A stretch of 64,000 nt of DNA from an uncultured Pelagimonas sp. (lineage in GTDB: Bacteria; Pseudomonadota; Alphaproteobacteria; Rhodobacterales; Rhodobacteraceae), in assembly GCA_947497905.1 (NCBI GenBank), contig CANMIH010000006.1, positions 82,467 to 146,466 on the forward strand, written 5' to 3'. The translations under genes were made by a program, and so were the position numbers. Below, one piece after another: positions 58,327 to 64,000 of this stretch (its first letter is position 1; the number at the start of each line of letters is the position of its first letter). The notes under the pieces were generated by a model. That model searched no databases and was not told where the DNA came from. It saw only the letters and a program-made list of their open reading frames with translations.

Positions 58327-59053
58327 CGGCGTCATCCCCGGCCTCTTCAAGCAAACGTCCCATATCGGGAATGGTCACATGCCGCTTACCTTCAAGTTGG
58401 ATCACGCCATCACGTTTGAGTGCCGAAATCTGGCGGCTGACAGTTTCCAGCGTCAGACCAAGATAGTCTGCCATGGCTTCGCGGGTGAGCGGGAGATCAA
58501 ACACAAGGGGGCCTTCGACCCCGCGCAGGTGCAGTGTGGCGTCTCTACGGGCAATGATCGACAGCAGCGAGGCAATTTTCTCGCGCGCGGTTTTGCGCCC
58601 CAAGACCAGCATCCATTCACGGGCGGCGTCGAGTTCGTCCAGTGTCATCTCAAGCAGGCGCTGGGCAATGTGGGGTGTGTGGCTCATCATCGTTTCGAAC
58701 GGCGTCTTGCGGAAGCAGCACATCACCAGATCGGTTGTGGCAACTACGTTGTAGGCGGCGCTGTTGCGACCGGGGCGACCTACAAAATCAGAGGGCAACA
58801 AGAGGCCCACCATCTGAGTGCGGCCATCTTCCATTGTCTGAGTAAGCGTCGCGATGCCGGACACGACCGAGCCTACAAAATCCATCTGATCACCGGACCA
58901 GATGACGGTCTGGCCCGCTTCAAACTTCCGATAATACTTAATCTCGTCAAGCTGTTCGAGCTCATCGCTTTCACAGCGCGCACAGACAGCGCGATGCCGG
59001 ATCGGGCATTCCGCGCATTCTGGAGGCACGGCTAGATTGCGTTCGTTTAGCAT
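58307..59053 (-). CDS. fnrL: Crp/Fnr family oxygen-sensing regulator FnrL
   Basis: N-terminal Cys cluster CAECPIRHRAVCARC and C-terminal HTH ETVSRQISALK. Confidence 0.92.
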   Translation of the reverse strand: MLNERNLAVPPECAECPIRHRAVCARCESDELEQLDEIKYYRKFEAGQTVIWSGDQMDFVGSVVSGIATLTQTMEDGRTQMVGLLLPSDFVGRPGRNSAAYNVVATTDLVMCCFRKTPFETMMSHTPHIAQRLLEMTLDELDAAREWMLVLGRKTAREKIASLLSIIARRDATLHLRGVEGPLVFDLPLTREAMADYLGLTLETVSRQISALKRDGVIQLEGKRHVTIPDMGRLLEEAGDDADGGVFV

Positions 59054-59068
59054 CAGTCACTCTCACAC

Positions 59069-59082
59069 TTGATCTGAGTCAA
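59069..59082. promoter_or_regulatory. FNR/FnrL box TTGATctgaGTCAA between fnrL and hemN
   Basis: Read directly. It starts 16 nt upstream of the fnrL ATG and ends 36 nt upstream of the hemN ATG at 59118. Confidence 0.8.
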
Positions 59083-59117
59083 TGTCACACTCCTCCGTGG
59101 GTACTAACGGTACGCGG

Positions 59118-60473
59118 ATGGTAGATCTAACACAACTCTCCCGGCTGGGCCTATTTGACGCAAAGGTCCCTCGTTACACCTCATATCCAACCGCTCCGCA
59201 TTTTGCGGGAGGCGTGGGGCCTGAGAAATTTGTCGAGTGGATCGAAGCCATTCCGGAAAATGGCACTGTGTCACTTTATCTGCATGTCCCGTTTTGCCGT
59301 AGGCTATGTTGGTTTTGCGCCTGTCGGACACAGGGGACCGCAACACTGGGTCCGGTTGAAGCTTATGTCGGCACACTCGAGGCCGAGCTGGCGCTTTTGC
59401 GCAAACACCTCCCGCGTGGCGTAAAATTGTCGCGCCTGCATTGGGGCGGCGGAACGCCGACTCTTCTGTCGCCGGATTTGATGAAGCGTCTTATTGCAGC
59501 TGTCCGCGAAACGGCGGAGTTTGCGGATGGCGCGGAGTTCTCGGTTGAGATCGATCCGAACGAAGTTGACGCCGACCGATTGGCGGTTTTGGCTGAGGGC
59601 GGGATGAACCGGGCCTCGATTGGCGTTCAGGATTTTGATCCCGAAATTCAGGAAACCATTGGTCGGCCGCAGGGGTTTGATATCACCCGCGATGCCGTTG
59701 AGATGATTCGAGATACGGGTGTGCATAGTCTGAATGCAGATATCCTCTATGGATTGCCGCATCAGACCAAACCCCGGATCACCGATACGGTCCAAAAACT
59801 GCTGAGCTTTGCGCCGGATCGTGTCGCACTCTATGGCTATGCCCATGTTCCGTGGATGGCGAAACGACAGCAGATGATCCCGTCAGATGCGCTGCCGACG
59901 CCCGAAGAGCGGCTTGAGCTGTTTGAAACCGCGCGGCGTCTGTTTGTTTGGGACAATTATGCTGAGGTGGGTATCGACCATTTCGCGGCTCCAAGTGATG
60001 GTCTGGCGATCGCGCAAAAGACCGGCAGGTTGCGCCGCAATTTCCAAGGCTACACCGACGATACCTCCGATGTTCTTATAGGATTGGGCGCCTCATCCAT
60101 TTCCCGCTTTCCGCAGGGGTTTGCGCAGGCCGCCCCCGCGACATCGGCCCATGTCGGCGCCATCCGTGAGGGGCGGTTCTCGACCGCACGCGGACATGTG
60201 TTTAGCGAAGAAGATCGGTTTCGCGGCCGGTTGATTGAGGCCGTGATGAGCGACTTCCGCATCGATGCGGATGAAATTGTGGATAGTTTCGGTATAGATA
60301 GAGCCGACCTGTTTAAACTGTTCAAACAGGCGAATGATCAGTTCGAAAACCTATTGGAAATTACAGAAGCCGGATTGTTCGTTCCGCCCAAAGCACGCCC
60401 GTTGACCCGTCTCGTGGCGCGGGCCTTTGATGCCTATGATCTGTCGAAAGCAGGGCACAGCTCAGCCGTCTGA
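59118..60473 (+). CDS. hemN: Oxygen-independent coproporphyrinogen III oxidase (radical SAM)
   Basis: PRYTSYPTAPHF and CxxxCxxC (CRRLCWFC). The ATG at 59082 in the ORF track lies inside the FNR box, so the start at 59118 is preferred. Confidence 0.9.
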   Translation: MVDLTQLSRLGLFDAKVPRYTSYPTAPHFAGGVGPEKFVEWIEAIPENGTVSLYLHVPFCRRLCWFCACRTQGTATLGPVEAYVGTLEAELALLRKHLPRGVKLSRLHWGGGTPTLLSPDLMKRLIAAVRETAEFADGAEFSVEIDPNEVDADRLAVLAEGGMNRASIGVQDFDPEIQETIGRPQGFDITRDAVEMIRDTGVHSLNADILYGLPHQTKPRITDTVQKLLSFAPDRVALYGYAHVPWMAKRQQMIPSDALPTPEERLELFETARRLFVWDNYAEVGIDHFAAPSDGLAIAQKTGRLRRNFQGYTDDTSDVLIGLGASSISRFPQGFAQAAPATSAHVGAIREGRFSTARGHVFSEEDRFRGRLIEAVMSDFRIDADEIVDSFGIDRADLFKLFKQANDQFENLLEITEAGLFVPPKARPLTRLVARAFDAYDLSKAGHSSAV

Positions 60474-60959
60474 GGGATCTTCAAACGCCGCGAGCCAGAT
60501 TTTCAAGAGCGCATCCAGCTGGGTGCGCTCTTCTTCATTCATAACCTCAGTCAAGCGGTGCTGGTTGGCAACGTGGTCGGTTGCGGCGGCGTCAATGATG
60601 GCGTGCCCCTGATCGGTGAGCTGGATCAGAAACCCGCGCCCATCATTGGGATCTGGCAGGCGGGTGATCATTCCGGCCTGTTCCAGTCGGTCCAGCCTGT
60701 TGGTCATGGTGCCCGAGGTCACCATGGTCTGTTCCAGCAGGGATTTCGGTGTCAAAGCATAGGGCGCCCCGGATCGGCGCAGCGTGGCAAGCACATCGAA
60801 ACTCGCCCGGTTCAACCCATGCTCTGCGAAGCACCGATCATGTGCCTTTCCAAGGTGTTGCGCCAGACGTGACAGGCGACCGATGGTGGCCATGGGGCCA
60901 ACATCAAGGTCGGGGCGTTCGCGGGTCCATTGGGCTGTGATGCGGTCTACGTGATCCAT
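60462..60959 (-). CDS. MarR family transcriptional regulator
   Basis: wHTH region. Start chosen at MDHVDR, which leaves all three operator repeats intergenic. Confidence 0.85.
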   Translation of the reverse strand: MDHVDRITAQWTRERPDLDVGPMATIGRLSRLAQHLGKAHDRCFAEHGLNRASFDVLATLRRSGAPYALTPKSLLEQTMVTSGTMTNRLDRLEQAGMITRLPDPNDGRGFLIQLTDQGHAIIDAAATDHVANQHRLTEVMNEEERTQLDALLKIWLAAFEDPSDG

Positions 60960-60984
60960 GGAGAGGTTTTTTGCGCAGATGTAT

Positions 60985-61042
60985 CTTGACGTCAAGGTTT
61001 TCATTTCTATCTTGAGGTCAAGCTAAATACCTCGATGTCAAG
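60985..61042. promoter_or_regulatory. Three palindromic operator copies in the marR/eamA intergenic region
   Basis: CTTGACGTCAAG (60985-60996), CTTGAGGTCAAG (61011-61022) and CTCGATGTCAAG (61031-61042). Confidence 0.65.
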
Positions 61043-61053
61043 ATAGGTGCTGC

Positions 61054-61953
61054 ATGTCACGTTCGACCGATCTCTTTCTAACCGCCCTGGCCCCCGCGAT
61101 CTGGGGCTCAACCTATATCGTCACAACCGAGCTCTTGCCTGATGGTTACCCGCTTACGGTTGCCGCGCTTCGGGCTTTGCCGGCCGGACTATTGCTGTTG
61201 CTGATGACCCGAAACCTACCGCCAAAGGCCTGGCTTGGGCGCGTGATGCTTTTGGGGGCGTTGAATTTTACCGTGTTCTGGGGCGCGCTTTTCATCGCCG
61301 CCTATCGATTGCCCGGCGGTGTGGCGGCGACATTAGGGGCCGTTCAGCCGTTGATTGTTCTTGGGCTGGCCGCACTTTTGCTCGGAACTGCAGTAACTTG
61401 GCAATCCGTTGCGGCGGCAGTGATGGGCATTGTCGGGGTTGGGTTGCTGATCCTAGGGCCTGACGCCCAGCTTGACCTGATCGGGATTGGTGCGGCGCTG
61501 GCCGGGGCGATCTCTATGGCCTTTGGCACGGTACTGTCGCGCAAATGGCAACCGCCTGTGCCGCCGCTAAGCTTTGCCGCGTGGCAGTTGACGGCGGGAG
61601 GGCTGATGCTGGTGCCCATTGCGCTCTGGGTTGAACCTGCGTTCCCTGAGCCAGATGCCAAGGCCGTGGTGGGATTGGTCTGGTTGGGCCTGATCGGAGC
61701 TGCGCTGACCTATGTCCTATTCTTTCGCGGCATTGCAAAACTGGGGCCAGCCAGTGTTGCGGGGCTGGGTTTCCTCAGTCCGCTGAGCGCCGTACTTCTG
61801 GGCTGGGTGATCCTTGGTGAGGCACTTAGCCCGCAACAGATGCTTGGGGCCGCGATTGTCGTCGGATCGGTTTGGGCTGCACAACGCGCAGCTCGCCCCA
61901 AAGAGTCTCAGCTTGCCAGATCGAAAGAGGCGGCCATAAGCGTGCGGGTGTAA
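61054..61953 (+). CDS. EamA/DMT family transporter
   Basis: 299 aa with ten predicted transmembrane segments in two EamA repeats. Confidence 0.85.
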   Translation: MSRSTDLFLTALAPAIWGSTYIVTTELLPDGYPLTVAALRALPAGLLLLLMTRNLPPKAWLGRVMLLGALNFTVFWGALFIAAYRLPGGVAATLGAVQPLIVLGLAALLLGTAVTWQSVAAAVMGIVGVGLLILGPDAQLDLIGIGAALAGAISMAFGTVLSRKWQPPVPPLSFAAWQLTAGGLMLVPIALWVEPAFPEPDAKAVVGLVWLGLIGAALTYVLFFRGIAKLGPASVAGLGFLSPLSAVLLGWVILGEALSPQQMLGAAIVVGSVWAAQRAARPKESQLARSKEAAISVRV

Positions 61954-63497
61954 TCCTCTCGCGGATTGGCAAAGATCTCTTCCGCCGTGCCATATTCCAC
62001 AACGTCACCCTGTTTCATCACAATGACCTTGTGGCTCATGGCGCGGACGACTTTCAGATCGTGGCTGATGAAGAGATAGGCCAGATCATATTTCCGCTGC
62101 AGATTGCGCAGCAGATCCACAATCTGCACCTGCACCGTCATATCCAGTGCCGAGGTCGGTTCGTCCAGCACCACAAGTCGCGGGCGCAATACCATGGCAC
62201 GGGCAATGGCGATTCTTTGACGCTGACCGCCGGAAAACTCATGCGGGTACCGGTGCATCATGGCCGGATCTAACCCAACCTCTTCCATGATCTCGGCCAC
62301 CACGTCACGGTGGCTGCGATTGTCGGGCGACCCATGCACCTGCAACCCTTCGGCGATGATCTGTTCGCAGGTCATCCGCGGAGACAGCGACCCAAAGGGA
62401 TCTTGGAACACAATTTGCATTTCCGAGCGCAGAGACCGCAGTTGGCGTGTGGACCAGCCTCGCACGTCCTGCCCGCGATAGGTGATGCCGCCCTCTGACT
62501 GGATCAATCGCATGATGGCCAGGGCCAAGGTGGTTTTGCCTGAGCCGGATTCTCCCACAATGCCAATGGTTTCTCCGGCGCGCACCGCGACCGAGGCGTC
62601 ATTGACCGCCTTCACATGACCGACAGTCCGTTTGAGAAACCCGCGCTGGATCGGGAACCAGATTTTCAGGTTGTCGGTGCGGGCAATCTCTTCGGCATTT
62701 TCTGCCACGGGATCGGGTGCGCCAGTGCTTTCTGCCGCCAAAAGCATCTGAGTATAGGGATGCTGAGGGTTGGCAAAGATCTCGGCGGTTTTGCCCTGTT
62801 CGACAATCTCACCGTTTTTCATCACACAGACACGATCCGCGAATTTTCGAACAATCCCCAGATCATGGGTGATGAACAACAGGCTCATGTCTTCGGCCTG
62901 TTTCAACTCTGCCAGAAGTTCGAGGATCTGGGCCTGAATGGTCACATCCAGCGCCGTGGTGGGTTCATCTGCAATCAGCAACTCGGGCTTGTTGGCCAGC
63001 GCCATGGCGATCATCACACGCTGGCGTTGGCCCCCAGACAGCTGATGCGGGTAAGAGCCCAGACGGTCCTCGGGGTCACGGATGCCCACTTTGTGCAAAA
63101 GCTCGACCACGCGGCTGCGCACCTCGACCCCGGTGATCCCCTGATGCAGAGTGATGCTCTCGCTCAACTGCTTTTCCAGTGTGTGCAGCGGGTTGAGCGA
63201 GGTCATCGGCTCTTGGAAGATAAAGCTGATGTCATTGCCACGGACGTCGCGCAGATGTTTGTCATCCGCGCCGACCATCTCTTTGCCTTCATATTTGACC
63301 GATCCCTCGACCATGGCGCTTTCGCCCAGCAAAGACACGGTAGAAAGGGCGGTGACCGATTTGCCTGAACCGGATTCGCCAACAAGCGCCACGGTCTCCC
63401 CGCGTTCGATGTGAAAGGACACGCCTTTGACCGCCTGCACCAGCCGCCCTTCCTGACGGAAGCTGACCTTCAGATTGCGAACGTCGAGAATGTTCAT
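61908..63497 (-). CDS. yejF: Fused double-ATPase ABC transporter subunit (YejF-like, peptide/microcin C type)
   Basis: Two Walker A motifs ([16 protein letters not shown]) and two LSGGQRQR signatures. Confidence 0.88.
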   Translation of the reverse strand: MNILDVRNLKVSFRQEGRLVQAVKGVSFHIERGETVALVGESGSGKSVTALSTVSLLGESAMVEGSVKYEGKEMVGADDKHLRDVRGNDISFIFQEPMTSLNPLHTLEKQLSESITLHQGITGVEVRSRVVELLHKVGIRDPEDRLGSYPHQLSGGQRQRVMIAMALANKPELLIADEPTTALDVTIQAQILELLAELKQAEDMSLLFITHDLGIVRKFADRVCVMKNGEIVEQGKTAEIFANPQHPYTQMLLAAESTGAPDPVAENAEEIARTDNLKIWFPIQRGFLKRTVGHVKAVNDASVAVRAGETIGIVGESGSGKTTLALAIMRLIQSEGGITYRGQDVRGWSTRQLRSLRSEMQIVFQDPFGSLSPRMTCEQIIAEGLQVHGSPDNRSHRDVVAEIMEEVGLDPAMMHRYPHEFSGGQRQRIAIARAMVLRPRLVVLDEPTSALDMTVQVQIVDLLRNLQRKYDLAYLFISHDLKVVRAMSHKVIVMKQGDVVEYGTAEEIFANPREDYTRTLMAASFDLAS

Positions 63498-64000
63498 GAG
63501 AAGGTTTTCCTTGGATCAAACGCATCGCGCACGCCTTCGAAGATAAAGACCAGAAGCGAGAGCATTACGGCAAATACGGTGAAGGAGGTGAAGGCCAGCC
63601 AGGGGGCTTGCAGGTTCTGCTTGGCCTGCAGGGTCAGCTCACCCAGTGACGGCGCCGACGAGGGGAGACCGTAGCCAAGGTAATCCAACGTGGCGAGACC
63701 CCCGATGGTGCCGGTGATGATAAAGGGCAGGAACGTCACGGTCGCAACCATGGCATTGGGCAGCATATGCCGGAACATGATGGTCCAGTTCGAGACCCCC
63801 AAAGCTTTGGCCGCCCGCACATATTCAAGGTTACGGGCCCGAAGGAACTCGGCCCGCACCACGCCCACTAGGCCGGTCCAGCCAAAGAGGATCGACAACA
63901 GCACCAATAACCAGAAGCTGCGCCCGAAGATCGCGAAGGTGATGATGATGATGTAAAGGCCCGGCGTGGCGCCCCAGATTTCGATCAGACGCTGGAAAAT
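63494..64000 (-). CDS. yejE: ABC transporter permease (YejE-like), 5' end outside the window
   Basis: BPD-transport permease C-terminal sequence. Its stop overlaps the yejF start. Confidence 0.75.
   Translation of the reverse strand: MFQRLIEIWGATPGLYIIIITFAIFGRSFWLLVLLSILFGWTGLVGVVRAEFLRARNLEYVRAAKALGVSNWTIMFRHMLPNAMVATVTFLPFIITGTIGGLATLDYLGYGLPSSAPSLGELTLQAKQNLQAPWLAFTSFTVFAVMLSLLVFIFEGVRDAFDPRKTFS

Noticed and set aside
60985-60996. TTGACGTCAA in the marR spacer might be a fifth FNR box or a CRE-like site.
   Set aside because: FNR boxes need a 4-nt spacer between TTGAY and GTCAA, and here the half-sites abut. The motif occurs three times within one MarR-controlled spacer, so it fits a MarR operator.

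Overview
About 60% GC, gene-dense chromosomal DNA with the gene content and synteny of an alphaproteobacterium. The best fit is Rhodobacteraceae, roseobacter group, but that is an inference from protein sequences and not a database hit. I recognised no rRNA, tRNA, CRISPR array, transposase, integrase or prophage gene, so this looks like core chromosome rather than an accessory island.

Content, left to right:
- Ethylmalonyl-CoA pathway genes (mcl2-like, mch) followed by sdhCDAB. Two lipoprotein ORFs sit between sdhA and sdhB.
- Ornithine decarboxylase plus a DUF1989 gene, then an hns-like gene and deoD.
- ecm and ccr (ethylmalonyl-CoA mutase; crotonyl-CoA carboxylase/reductase).
- A luxR/luxI quorum-sensing pair and an SF1B helicase.
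- A fatty-acid-type operon containing a split ACAD10/11-like kinase plus acyl-CoA dehydrogenase pair.
- rpe-gph, then mreBCD-mrdA-rodA.
- A dimethylglycine-dehydrogenase-family gene, mscL, and ald with an Lrp-family regulator.
- A microaerobic block: ccoGHIS, a LysR gene, ccoNOQP, usp, fnrL and hemN.
- A marR/eamA pair and the start of a yejFE-type ABC transporter.

The leads I consider most worth checking:
1. An orphan FNR box with a correctly spaced -10 element just downstream of the ccoNOQP terminator. It predicts an FnrL-activated small transcript of about 115 nt with C-rich anti-Shine-Dalgarno tracts.
2. The alkenal reductase / ligase / hydratase / ACAD / kinase / thioesterase cluster, which reads as a 4-hydroxyacid phospho-elimination pathway.
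3. A 68-aa ORF (69 codons with stop) with a good ribosome-binding site that overlaps the luxR start.
4. Several compact palindromic operator candidates and structured leaders.

Everything here comes from reading the sequence and the ORF translations. No searches or RNA folding programs were run.
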